Assembly (NCBI GenBank): GCA_964016885.1
Contig: OZ024741.1
Coordinates: forward strand, 111,848,001 to 111,912,000
Origin: Eledone cirrhosa
Lineage: Eukaryota
DNA length: 64,000 bases
Direction of reading: 5' to 3'
Shown here piece by piece: positions 14,502 to 26,730 of this stretch (its first letter is position 1; each line of letters starts with the position of its first letter). The notes below the pieces were generated by a model. It ran no database searches, was not told the DNA's origin, and was given only the letters and a program-made list of their open reading frames with translations. Both the position numbers and the translations under genes were made by a program.

Positions 14502-15236
14502 TCTTTTCATTCGAAGAATATAAAATTCTTGAATTTAAATTACGAACTAGCGCTATCCAAAACTGTTCCCGAGATGAGAGTAAATGAAGTGGAATCAATT
14601 TTTTCAAGGGCCGAAAGTAAAGATTGAGGCAGAGGGAGGTAGGTCAACCGGCCACCACTATCACTAGCAGCAGTCGGAACGACCAAATATAGTAAGTAAA
14701 GTCAATTTTTTAAAATTTATTTTGAAACTTTTTGATTATTTGCTAAACCTGATTATACATGTTCTGGCTCGTTAATTTATTAACCTGCCATTGAACCACA
14801 TTGGCATATGGTTGGACAATACATGTGTCCCTTAGCGCTTTGTGCGTGTAGGAACACATATCCTATTATTATTATCCTCCTCTATGTTGAGAAAAAATTT
14901 GGTCGTTCCGACTGCTGCTAGTGATAGTGGTGGCTGATCGACCTACCTCCCTCTGCCTCTATCTTTACTTTCGGCCCTTGAAAAAATTGATTCCACTTCA
15001 TTTACTCTCATCTCGGGAACAGTTTTGGATAGCGCTAGTTCGTAATTTAAATTCAAGAATTTTATATTCTTCGAATGAAAAGAACCTTCCGACAAGAATC
15101 TTTCTTTGCAACGAAGGCCGTATGGTCTCCGTTTATTTTTGAGATTCGAAATCGATTCGGTAAAGGTAACTATAGTAAGTAAAGTCAATTTTTTTAAATT
15201 TACTTTGAAACTTTTTCATTATTTGCTAAACCTGAT

Positions 15237-15268
<32 letters not shown>

Positions 15269-15378
15269 TATATACATATATATATACACATATATACACA
15301 CACATACATAAAGTTACATCACCACATAATGTAAAAATACACACACACACATATATAATCATATATATATACATACTT

Positions 15379-15483
<105 letters not shown>

Positions 15484-15908
15484 TATATACCAAGATATTA
15501 AATATTTAATATCATTTTACTCCAGGAACTGCTGAGTGCTCTAAATCAGTAATAAACATTTATATTTTTATTTATATTTGTCGTATCTCCAACCCTCTGT
15601 ATACCCCTTCCAATTTTTTTATATATATCTTTATTTATGTGTATGTATGTATGTGCGTGCGTATGTATGTGTACATATACGTATGTATGTATGTATATTT
15701 GTATATATAAGTAAGTATTTATATATATATATGTGTGTATGTGGTTGTATCTATTTTTTCTCATGTATATGTGCTCTAGAATGTATTTATATTTTTTGAT
15801 ATATGTATATACAGCTACATTTTTATATATGTACCTATACGTGTGTTTGAGAGTATATGCGTGCGTACGAGTGTGTATGCACGTGAGTATGTATATGTGT
15901 GTATATGT

Positions 15909-15987
<79 letters not shown>

Positions 15988-17120
15988 ATGTGTATTTGTA
16001 TGTTTATACCTATCTGTGTGTATGTTTGTACTGTATATATATATGTGTGTGTATATTTCCCTGTATGTGTATGTGTATGTGTGTGTATGTGTGCGTATAT
16101 ATATAATTCAAGAAAGAAGAGTGACATGGTTTGCTATACAATAAGGGCTTCATTCACATTTCTGACAATTGTTTCCTTGATGTGGCAGGTTTAGAGTTCG
16201 CTACTCGCCTGGTTTGGTTCAATCGATCTCCAATATTTTGTTTATAACCAGTTGTTTTCATCAGAGCACGCGAAAGTGAAGAAGATACACAAGGCATGGC
16301 TTTTATAGAGGAGTGGTATTAAACCAGAACAATAATATCAATAATAAAACAACCAGATAGTTGTATATATATTGTCAAAGTTCTTTCGTCACACATTCTG
16401 TGACCTCTTCAGTGACTGGGATTCTTTTCTTTGTTTTTGTGCCTCTCCTTTGTTCTGTCCTACGCCATTTTGTTTCTGTGTGTGTGTTGTGTGCTCAGTC
16501 TGCGCATGCGCCACATCCGGGTGTCTGTGTGTGTTTATATTCGTTTATTTATTTGTTTATTTACATGTTACTGGTTGGTTGTTTGTTCTATGTGCGTGTG
16601 TGTTTTCATTTTGTCCTTAATTGTAAGTTGTGATGTTGATGTTCCACTCATATTTTCTATTTAATTTTGGTTGTAATTCTTTTATGTTTATTGCCTCTGT
16701 GATTTGTCTAAACATTGCGTCTTTTCTGTGTGTAGATTCTATTTTTATTTCTATGTTCTCTAATTTACTCTTATGTTCTATTTTAGCATGTTGGTAGAGT
16801 ACAGATGATTCTTTACTGTCTTGAAGGTCTCGCCAGTGTTCATTTATCCGTTCCCCTACACTACGAGCTGTCTCACCTATGTACACTATATTTTTGTCTC
16901 TACATTGTCCTTCAGTACATCTTATGCTATACACTACATTTCTAGTTTTACAGTTAATATGGGGGCTTATTTTACAGGTTATACATTTCTTATCTATACA
17001 GGGGGGTCTTTGAAAAGGGTATGTCTTGCTAATAAGTGTTTTTACGGAGGTACCTGGTCTTTCTACTATCTTAATATTGAGTTTATGTTTATCTAGGGCC
17101 CTTCTAAATGTGTAAGCTAC

Positions 17121-17753
17121 ATAAAAAAGAAGATCTATAGAGAATTAAGTCATCAAGAAAAACATAAGCGTAACCTAATACAAGAAATAACTAGGATCAC
17201 CACACCAAGAGAGAAACTAATATTTATAAGCCTTATACGTCCTGAAGAACTGTACATTGCTCAAGAATGTGATAAGCACTTTAACAAAAAACTAAAGTGG
17301 CTTAAGCAGATAAAACTAAATCAGAATACTGTAGAGAATACCAATAGATATCCCCATAAATTTGACGGTATAAATATGGCCGACACCTCATTAACAGATG
17401 AGTTCAACAACAACAACAACACAAATATATACGGCAACACGGCAATAGACCCTGATGAATTATCTGTATTACTTCTATCACCGAAATTTGCGACATTCAA
17501 GAAGGTAAGTATGATTAGTTGTCTGTCAGAAATAGAAAAATCATTTACAAAATTACGTTGGAGCCTCAAAAACAAAAACAAAAACAAAAGTAACAACATA
17601 CGCACACACATATACAACACACATCCCAACAACAACAGACACACAGACACAAACAACAATAACAACAACACACACACCAACAATAATAACATACTCAGAA
17701 ACAACAACAGCAGACCCGCAGACACAAACAACAATAACAACACACAACAATAA
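17121..17753 (+). pseudogene. N-terminal part of the same PLE ORF, frameshifted in an Asn-rich tract
   Basis: Open frame containing ELSVLLLSPKFA...EKSFTKLRW, typical of PLE N-termini; it is in a different frame from 17827. Confidence 0.65.
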
Positions 17754-17826
17754 TAACACACACGGAAACAACAACAACAACACACATCAACAACAGCACA
17801 CATCAACAACAACACACACACATTCA

Positions 17827-20523
17827 ATGCCTCTCACCACCACCACAATCTTAACAAACTCACAGACACAGAAAACAAGTAATGACAGTAGCACAGAAAT
17901 CACAGAAATAAAGGAAAGTAATAGGATTAAAAGGAGAAGGGAGACTATGGACAAAGAAAATAACCAAGACGAACACACAGACAGACAAAATAGAGTAGAT
18001 AATAACAATGAGCCAGTGGAAAGAGACAGGAGTAATAATGAGAGACATAGAAACAACCATGAGGCTGTTGGTGGAAATAGAAATAGAAACAACACAACTA
18101 ACAATAACAATAGCACTAGTACACATAAAGCAGCAGCCTGGAACTCTACTTTTTATAATCCCTCCGATAAGTCGTTCGACCTGCGACGAGTCCACGGCAC
18201 GACTTTACCATTTAAGAAACGCACGCAATTGCCGTCGCAGGTCGATGAACAAACAGAAGCACAATTTAGTATAGCTAGATCCGAACTTAGAAATATTATA
18301 GAACAGTATATCAAGAAGCATAATAGAATGGAGGCCCAGCAACTGGGAGAAAAATCTGCAAATGGCTTGCGTAAGCTCATGCAGCGCTCGCGTAATGGAG
18401 AGATAGCATGCTTTCCAACAGACAAGTCTGGCAGAATGTCGGTTGACAGCCTGCCAAACTACATCCAGGCAATGCAACCCCACATCACTAACACAAGAGA
18501 GGTAACACCACAGGAGCATGAGGATAGAGAAAAAGCCCTCAATGCCCATATGGTGATGTGGACGAATATAATGCAGCCCAACAAAAGGACTGCCAACAAC
18601 TTCCAGGCCTGGAACAATGACGTGCCGGCGTTGTATGGGCTTCGAAAAGACCATAAAACGAGCAGTGACCCTGTCACGGGACCACCAGCACGGTCAGTCT
18701 GTGGAGCTAACATTGCTAGTAACTACAGACTGTCCTACTTCCTCTCCCTGATCATACGCCCCATCATTGAAATGTCCCCAGATGTATGTGACAGCACGGA
18801 GGACCTCCTCAGCAGAATCGGCGAGAGTAACCGATCTAGGGACCTAACAAACTGCATAATAGGTAGTATGGATGTTGTGTCCCTGTATCCATCTATTGAC
18901 GTGGATTTTGCTGTGGAGAAATGCGTAGAAATGATCAGTGAGAGCAATGTTGAGTTCCGTGGGATTGATACCAGTGAGCTGGGACTCCTACTTAAACTTA
19001 CCTATAGTAATAATTACCTAGACACATATGACCTTAGCAACCTGTGCCCTACAAGACCAGCAAGAGGCAGACCACCTACCATTACCTCAATGGCCAAGAA
19101 AACCCACACAGATCGATGGAACGGGTGGACCAGAGCCATACGGACCCCCGAAAACCACGATGAACTGAAGAAAATGATTGCACATGCGGTAGGGGCCAGA
19201 ATAAAACTAACCCTTAAGGAACATATGTTCAAATTTAATGGAAAAACATATGCCCAAGAGAAAGGAGCAGCCATTGGTGTTAGCATTGCAGGCGACATAG
19301 CTAACTTATTCATGGTATGGTGGGACAGTAGACTTAAACTTAAACTTAAAGAACAATTAGAAGACCCCTTAATCCTGATAATGTACTCCCGCTACGTTGA
19401 TGATATAAACATCGTAGTTAAGACACCCCCACTAGAGAAAAGTCAGGAACTAGAGAAAAACACAATGGAAAGCATCCAGCAAATAGCTAACTCCATCCAC
19501 CAGAGTATTAGAGTTACTATAGACTACCCAAGTAAATACCCCAACCATCGATTACCTGTACTAGACACAGAGCTCTGGTTAGATACCATTAATAACAAAA
19601 AACAAATCCTCCATTCCCATTATGCCAAACCCATGATTTCCAAACATCTGATCCACCGAAACTCAGCTGTTTCGGACCATACCAAAATCAACATACTGAT
19701 TGCGGATTTGGTACTGGTGATGAGAAACGTGTCCCGCATGTGCAACCCCGAAGAACTAGAGAGACGCATACAACACTTCATCCACCGTATGCAGTTCTCT
19801 GGTTACAATCAGAGAGATAAAATCAGAGTGTATAGAGGAGCCAGAACCAAATGGGAAAAAATGGTAAATAATGACACAAATGGGACCTGCCCCTTGTATA
19901 AGAGCAAATTTTGGAATAGAATAGAAAGAACTAGGAATAAGGCTAATAGAATAAACTCATGGTATGATAGCAATAAATACCAGAGTGTAATGTTCATCGA
20001 TACAACCCCTAGAGGTGAATTAGCTTACAAATTTAGAAGGGCCCTAGATAAACATAAACTCAATATTAAGATAGTAGAAAGACCAGGTACCTCCGTAAAA
20101 ACACTTATTAGCAAGACATACCCTTTTCAAAGACCCCCCTGTATAGATAAGAAATGTATAACCTGTAAAATAAGCCCCCATATTAACTGTAAAACTAGAA
20201 ATGTAGTGTATAGCATAAGATGTACTGAAGGACAATGTAGAGACAAAAATATAGTGTACATAGGTGAGACAGCTCGTAGTGTAGGGGAACGGATAAATGA
20301 ACACTGGCGAGACCTTCAAGATAGTAAAGAATCATCTGTACTCTACCAACATGCTAAAATAGAACATAAGGGTAAATTAGAGAACATAGAAATAAAAATA
20401 GAATCTACACACAGAAAAGACGCAATGTTTAGACAAATCACAGAGGCAATAAACATAAAAGAATTACAACCAAAATTAAATAGAAAATATGAGTGGAACA
20501 GCAACATCACAACTTACAATTAA
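17827..20523 (+). CDS. PLE reverse transcriptase (long motif A-B' insertion) + C-terminal GIY-YIG
   Basis: TDKSG, LYGLRKDHK, SMDVVSLYPSI, QEKGAAIG, RYVDD, LPVLD, CIDKKCITC, VVY..YIGET, R..EH, EA, LN. Confidence 0.92.
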   Translation: MPLTTTTILTNSQTQKTSNDSSTEITEIKESNRIKRRRETMDKENNQDEHTDRQNRVDNNNEPVERDRSNNERHRNNHEAVGGNRNRNNTTNNNNSTSTHKAAAWNSTFYNPSDKSFDLRRVHGTTLPFKKRTQLPSQVDEQTEAQFSIARSELRNIIEQYIKKHNRMEAQQLGEKSANGLRKLMQRSRNGEIACFPTDKSGRMSVDSLPNYIQAMQPHITNTREVTPQEHEDREKALNAHMVMWTNIMQPNKRTANNFQAWNNDVPALYGLRKDHKTSSDPVTGPPARSVCGANIASNYRLSYFLSLIIRPIIEMSPDVCDSTEDLLSRIGESNRSRDLTNCIIGSMDVVSLYPSIDVDFAVEKCVEMISESNVEFRGIDTSELGLLLKLTYSNNYLDTYDLSNLCPTRPARGRPPTITSMAKKTHTDRWNGWTRAIRTPENHDELKKMIAHAVGARIKLTLKEHMFKFNGKTYAQEKGAAIGVSIAGDIANLFMVWWDSRLKLKLKEQLEDPLILIMYSRYVDDINIVVKTPPLEKSQELEKNTMESIQQIANSIHQSIRVTIDYPSKYPNHRLPVLDTELWLDTINNKKQILHSHYAKPMISKHLIHRNSAVSDHTKINILIADLVLVMRNVSRMCNPEELERRIQHFIHRMQFSGYNQRDKIRVYRGARTKWEKMVNNDTNGTCPLYKSKFWNRIERTRNKANRINSWYDSNKYQSVMFIDTTPRGELAYKFRRALDKHKLNIKIVERPGTSVKTLISKTYPFQRPPCIDKKCITCKISPHINCKTRNVVYSIRCTEGQCRDKNIVYIGETARSVGERINEHWRDLQDSKESSVLYQHAKIEHKGKLENIEIKIESTHRKDAMFRQITEAINIKELQPKLNRKYEWNSNITTYN

Positions 20524-20722
20524 GGACAAAATGAAACACACACGCACATAGAACAAACAACCAACCAGTAAATGTAAATAAACAAATAAATAAACGAATA
20601 TAAACACACTCAGACACCCGGATGTGGCGCATGCGCAGACTGAGCATACAACACACACACAGAAACAAAATGGCGTAGGACAGAACAAAGGAGAGGCACA
20701 AAAACAAAGAAAAGAATCCCCA

Positions 20723-20765
20723 GTCACTGAAGAGGTCACAGAATGTGTGACGAAAGAACTTTGAC
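20723..20765 (+). ncRNA. Minimal type I hammerhead in pLTR
   Basis: gtca-CTGAAGA-g gtcac agaatgt gtgac-GAAA-gaac-TT-tgac. Confidence 0.75.
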
Positions 20766-20976
20766 AATATATAAACAACTATCTGGTTGTGGAACCAACC
20801 AACCAACCAAAAAATTTATAAATTCCTAAATTTATAAATTTATTATAATAAATTGAAGTGAAAGTAACTAGTGCGTGTGTTTCTTATTGGCAACATGACC
20901 CTCCCAAAGTATAACAATATCGGTTTCAACACACGATTTCAGATAAAGAATCTTGCTAAACAAATTCAGAAACGAA

Positions 20977-21015
<39 letters not shown>

Positions 21016-21057
21016 ATATATATAATATATATATGTGTATGTGTGTGTGTGTGTGTG

Positions 21058-21570
21058 TAGATAAACTACCAAAATAAACGGTAGTGTCCAATCCGTATGA
21101 AGAAGTCAATGTAATCCAAATATAGAAGATATCATGAAAAGAGAAACTGCATTAAAAAATTAACGATAAAATCATAGGAAAACAGAGTCAAGATGAATTA
21201 ATAAAAACAATGAAATAAAAACAAAGAACAGGTTCCTTATATTGAAAAATTCATCATTTTACGACCGTTTCTGGGATATATATGTGTGTTGGTACGTATA
21301 CATGTTAAAGATCTATGTACATTTTTTTTACAAATTATTAGAGGAGATATACATACCTTCACCTATGCATGCCATCTTCAGATCATTTCTGAAGATGGCA
21401 TGTATGGGTGAAGGTATGTATATCTCCTCTGATAATTTATAAAAAATGTTTTACATAGATCTTTAACATGATATACATACCAACACACATATATATCTCA
21501 GAAACGATCGTAAAATGATGAATTTTTCAATATAAGGAACCTGTTCTTTGTTTTTATTTCATTGATTTTA

Positions 21571-21575
<5 letters not shown>
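21058..21575. mobile_element. Family E foldback (arms about 21198-21381 / 21389-21575)
   Basis: Inverted repeat centred on tcttcag atcattt ctgaaga; flanked by microsatellites. Confidence 0.8.
21382..21519 (+). ncRNA. Type I hammerhead with 105-nt stem II domain
   Basis: atcattt-CTGAAGA-[105 nt including a perfect ggtatgtatatc/gatatacatacc helix]-GAAA-cgatcg-TA-aaatgat. Confidence 0.75.
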
Positions 21576-21614
<39 letters not shown>

Positions 21615-21856
21615 GTGTGTGTGTGTGTGTGTGTAACATACTGAGTGCTTCAGTGGTCAAACGTTTGAACGCAAAATTCAGTAGATAAATAGGTAGAGCG
21701 TATCACAAGTGATTTACAAGTCAAGTTGAAATAGTTTAGGGGGAGACAATATATCATGTCCAGCTAGTTTTCAAGATATCGATTTCAAATAACAAAATAC
21801 AAGGAACACAAAAGTATACAGTTTGAGACAAAGCAAGTATCAGCATGAAATGTGTC

Positions 21857-22072
21857 TTAACCCTTTCGTTACAATATTTCTGATGAAACTTGTTGGCATT
21901 TAGTAAAATAACTAATTTTCTCATCATTTATCAGGTGTTTGGAATATAACTTAACAAATGTTCTTAGGTAAAATATTTATGGGATTATTTTATTTTTAGA
22001 TAAATATGAACATTTTATAAAAAGAAGTGTTGTATCGTAGAACCAAGAGCAGTTTAGTATCAAAAGAGTAAA
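21857..22072. mobile_element. Possible degenerate TTAA-type (piggyBac-like) MITE
   Basis: ttaaccctttcgttac ... gtatcaaaagagtaaa form imperfect terminal inverted repeats. Confidence 0.35.
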
Positions 22073-22327
22073 ATATTAATATTGAGCCATTCATTCAGTA
22101 CTTAAATATATGGAAGCCTATCGCAAACAAAAGTTATATGGAACAACATAGGAATCAAGCACCATCTGACTTCTGTAATATAACTTCTGTAACATCGGCT
22201 TTGTAAATTAATATATAAGAGGTGTATCCTTAACGTAATTCCTAAACTAGACTTTTGAATTACCGACACAATCCATCGGACAGACTTACACACATATTTG
22301 GTCCACATAATGTTACTCATTATGCAT

Positions 22328-22430
22328 GGACTCGAGGGTATGGTAAATACGCCTGCTCAAGATGCAACACCGAGTGATCGAACTCGCGAGGTTATGATTG
22401 GGAAGTAAACTACTTAACCATTCAGCCACA
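22328..22430 (-). mobile_element. tRNA-derived SINE head (family 2)
   Basis: Minus strand gtggctgaatggttaag (A box) ... gagttcgatc (B box). Confidence 0.6.
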
Positions 22431-22465
22431 TATTGACGAGAGCATTTATCGCTGCAGCTTTATTA

Positions 22466-22749
22466 TCTATTTACTAATATATAATACGCTTGTATTTTAG
22501 TCCGTCACAAGAGATGACTGAGGAAGGAAGGGATGATAATGTCGACTTAGGAAGGAAGGGTGATAATGTCGACTGAGAAAGGTTTGTATGTTTGTATCAC
22601 CTATGTGATTGAGCGCGAAGGAACCGACCAGCCAGCCAACGAACCAACCAACTAACCAAACAACCTACCAACAAACATACATCTCTTTTTTATATTATGT
22701 ATATATATTGCAATTAGTCGTCATTTTTTGACAGCACGGGGCCAGCTAG
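22466..22749 (+). mobile_element. Non-autonomous Helitron-like element
   Basis: A|TCtatttactaatatataa ... gcacgggccagCTAG|T: TC and CTAG termini at an AT target. Confidence 0.55.
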
Positions 22750-23896
22750 TTTGATATATTAAGCACACCAAGTAGATTCCCGTCACAATATACCCTCAAA
22801 CACATCGACTTATGACAGTACAATTTATTCGACATCGGAGTATTTCTTTTCTAAAAAATGGCCTTTTTTGTTAGTAAATTCTGTCTTTAAAACATTTAAC
22901 GATGTTACAGAACTAAGATGGTGTCTGATTCTCATGTTGTTATATATGTACTGGTGTTTGCAGTAAGCTGACATATATTTATATACTGAATGAATAACTC
23001 AAATGTAACATAGCAATGTCTGCCCTGTGTTCATATGTCTGATATTTACATAGTCTGGCACTGGTCTGAGACTGATCTGCGACTGGATTGGGATTGGTCC
23101 GGGACTGGTCTAATTGAATTAACAATAGCAAAAGCTGTAGTCAAGACATTTGTCTGAAACTGCTACTCTTCCCTCCACTTCGCTTCTTGATTTTTCTTTC
23201 ATCTTCTTTTAACCACTTTCACCCATGTTATATCTCTTTACCCCGCTTCGTCTTAACCCATTCCTTTCTTTTACCCTTTACCCCCTGTTCACCTGTTTTG
23301 GTTTCTTTTGTTTTTTTTCACTTTCTTTCGTTCGTTTTTTGCCCCTTTTGTCCTTTTTGCATATCTTTACCCCACTTTTAGCCCACTTTCCCCCACTTCC
23401 TCTTCTTCCTCTCCCACTTTCTTTCGTTTTCTTCCTACCATTTTCGCCCTTTTTATATCTCGTTACACCTATTTATCTCACCTTCCTTTCCACCGTACTC
23501 CTATTCCTCCTCTTCGCATCTTTCGCCTTTTTCGAACGATTTCGTCCCCTTTTATATCTCTTTCTTTATCTTTATCACATTTTCCTCTTTTTATCCCCTC
23601 CCATCCCACAGATGGATCGAAACTGGAGCCTCATCAATGCGAGGCGAACTTCTTAACCAGACTATAACAATAAAGATGCAGGGGGGAAAAGCAAGAGAAA
23701 CTCTATCAGGGTTTTGGTTGGTTTATATAACAGATTTATCACAGGAGGATTAGAAAATGTCATTTTGGAATCTTGCCTAAAATTAATACATAATTCATTT
23801 TGTGTTCTGCTTGTGCTATGAATCTCTGTCCAACGATTGGACAAGAGAAACATCACATCCCTACATTCACATACACACACACTGACACACACACTG

Positions 23897-23927
<31 letters not shown>

Positions 23928-24446
23928 CACACACACACACACACACACATGCACCCACACACCCACGCATGCGCACAGACGTATATATATATATATATGC
24001 ATATACATATTTATATGCATATATAGACCTCTCTCTCTCTCTCTCTTTATATATATATATATACATATATATACATACATATTAAAAAAATGCACATACA
24101 CATATCTGCGTGTGTGCATATACAAACACACATAAAGTACTGGCATACAAATACATATGCTCAAACAGACACACATGTGTACCCACATAAATACACATAT
24201 GTGCATATGTGCATGTTTACGTGTATATATGAGTGTGAGTGTGTGCATTTTTATCTGTGTACTTGGGTGTTTGTGTATGTAGGCCTACACGTGTATATTT
24301 GCGTGTTAGTATATACATAGTGACACATACACAGACACATAAATGTGCACTCACACACACACTTGCACACACATATAAACCTACACAGGCATATATTTAC
24401 ACAAACAAATATTCATTCATAGACAAACACATGTATAGATACATAC

Positions 24447-24541
<95 letters not shown>

Positions 24542-24564
24542 TATATATATATATATATATATTA

Positions 24565-24922
24565 GAAAGTGAGGTTTTTTTTACAAAATAAAAATAACCG
24601 AGGTGTCCTACACGAGTGAAAGTATAAAGAAAAAGAGATGAAATCGAAAATGCAACTGGAGTCTTATTTAAAAAAAATATATATATATTTATTTGGTTCC
24701 TTTACCGGTTTCGCAGTTCTTCTGCTTTTCAAAAGTAGAGTTGAGATGGAGGGTCTGTGGTTTTTCTCACATCATGTGAGAAAAACCACAGACCCTCCAT
24801 CTCAACTCTACTTTTGAAAAGCAGAAGAACTGCGAAACCGGTAAAGGAACCAAATATTATATATATTTAAAAAAAAAATAAGACTCCAGTTGCATTTTCG
24901 ATTTCATCTCTTTTTCTTTATA
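24565..24922. mobile_element. Family F foldback with U3-A8 hammerheads on both arms
   Basis: Near-perfect arms 24623-24772 / 24774-24922, set in (TA)n. Confidence 0.8.
24811..24846 (+). ncRNA. Minimal hammerhead with U3-A8 core
   Basis: ctt-TTGAAAA-gcag aagaa ctgc-GAAA-ccgg-TA-aag. Confidence 0.7.
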
Positions 24923-24938
24923 TATATATATATATATT

Positions 24939-25335
24939 AATTCAAAATATTAACAAATATAGACATTCATGTGATCAAGTATATTTTATTATACATATTT
25001 CAGAGGTACTGAGCTATTTTCAACAGTACGTCCTCATCAGATAAAATAAGTTGATTCTTGACATACCTTGACTATGTTGATGGTTAAAATTCAGTCATGG
25101 CATGATTGAATTTTAACCATCAACATAGTCAAGGTATGTTAAGAATCAACTGAGCTATTTTCAACAGTACGTCCTCATCAGATAAAATAAGTTGTACCTC
25201 TGAAATATGTATAATAAAATATACTTGATCACATGAATGTCTTTATTTGTTAATATTTTGAATTAATGCTAATAACTCCAGAAAACCATTACTATGGAGT
25301 GCTTCTAATCTATTGTGAAACTTTATTCATTGATT
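24939..25335. mobile_element. Family D-related foldback; intact HHR at about 24984-25048 (-), right-arm HHR scrambled
   Basis: Minus strand attttat-CTGATGA-ggacgtactg..cagtacctct-GAAA-tatgta-TA-ataaaat. Confidence 0.75.
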
Positions 25336-25351
25336 TATTCATTGAACCTTC

Positions 25352-25440
<89 letters not shown>

Positions 25441-25580
25441 TATGTACACGTACATACATACATGTATACAGACGTACAGTAGTATGTATATATATATATA
25501 CATACATGCACACATATATATGTACGTATGGATTCACCGAACATTTATTATAATGCTCGGTGTGTTTGTAAGGAAGGTAT

Positions 25581-25623
25581 ACGTTGCTGACGATAGCTAA
25601 TAAGCTTGAAACTAGTACAGCGT
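25581..25623 (+). ncRNA. Minimal type I hammerhead in foldback insert 25437-25915 (family G)
   Basis: acgttg-CTGACGA-t agct aata agct t-GAAA-ctag-TA-cagcgt, with distal aagga/tcctt pairing; arms 25521-25570 / 25693-25743. Confidence 0.8.
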
Positions 25624-26227
25624 TCCTTTGTCAGTGTTGAACAAACGAGCAACGATGGTTGCTGGACACTCCGGCTTAATACGGGATGTTTGTTTACAAA
25701 CACACCGAGCATTATAATAAATGTTCGGTGAATCCATACGTACATATATATATATGTGCATGTATGTATATATATATACATACATATATATATACATACA
25801 TATATATATACGTACGTGTGTATACATTTATGTATGTACGTGTACATACTTATATTTAAGTAAAAGCCGTACTAAGAGTGGGAAATGAAATTTCGTTTCA
25901 TTTTTTCCGTTTATATATATATATTTATGGACACATTCATATACGCACATGTACAAATACATATAAATATATGTGTACACATATAACAGGAGAGAAATGC
26001 ATCCACAAAAATACACACACAGACACAGACATGGGTACACACACACACATGCATACACGCACATGCATACACGCACACACACAAATATATACACATGAAA
26101 AATTGATAAGAAACTGCAGTCCATGTTGTATGGAGCACTTGGTGCCAGATTAAGTCTGGGTATGGCTTGTGTGTGTGTGTGTTTGTGTGTGTTTGTGTAT
26201 GTGTGTGTGTGTGTTTGTGTGTGTATT

Positions 26228-26299
<72 letters not shown>

Positions 26300-26361
26300 T
26301 GTGTGTATTTGTGTGTGTGTGTGTGTGTTTGTTTGTATGTGTATGTTTCAGTGTGTGAACA

Positions 26362-26698
26362 TGTGGTAGTGGTGGTAGTGATGTGTTGTTGTAGTGGTGG
26401 CAATGATAGGGTTATTATGTTGTTGTAGTGTTGTTGTAGTGGTGGTAATGGTAGGGTTGTGGTGTTGTTGTAGTGATAGTAGTAATGTTTTCTTGTTGTG
26501 GTGGTAATGCTAGGGTTGTGGTATTTTAGTGGTAGTAGTAATGGTATTGGTGTGTTGTCGTAGTGGTGGTAATGATAAGGCTGTTGTGTTGTTGTATTGG
26601 TAGTAGTGGTAGTAGTGATGAGTTGTTGTAGTGGAGGTAATGATAGGATTGTGGTGTTGTAGTAGTAGTAGTAGTAGTAGTTGTAGTAGTAGGAGTAA

Positions 26699-26730
<32 letters not shown>

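Larger units (their letters stand above)
13751..15239. mobile_element. 481-bp tandem/inverted array, one hammerhead per unit (retrozyme-like, family C)
   Basis: Units start at 13751 and 14232; inverted unit 14688-15239; no coding capacity. Confidence 0.85.
16349..20977 (+). mobile_element. Penelope-like retroelement with inverted 3' copy at its 5' end
   Basis: 16349-17118 is the reverse complement of about 20021-20790; RT-EN ORF; HHRs at 20723-20765 (+) and 16374-16416 (-). Confidence 0.9.
22080..23003. mobile_element. Old inverted pair (arms of about 100 bp; MITE-like) with nested inserts
   Basis: 22080-22181 aligns with the reverse complement of 22902-23003. Confidence 0.55.

Noticed and set aside
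13751-14690. CRISPR-like array
   Set aside because: Units are wholly duplicated, with no unique spacers and no cas genes.
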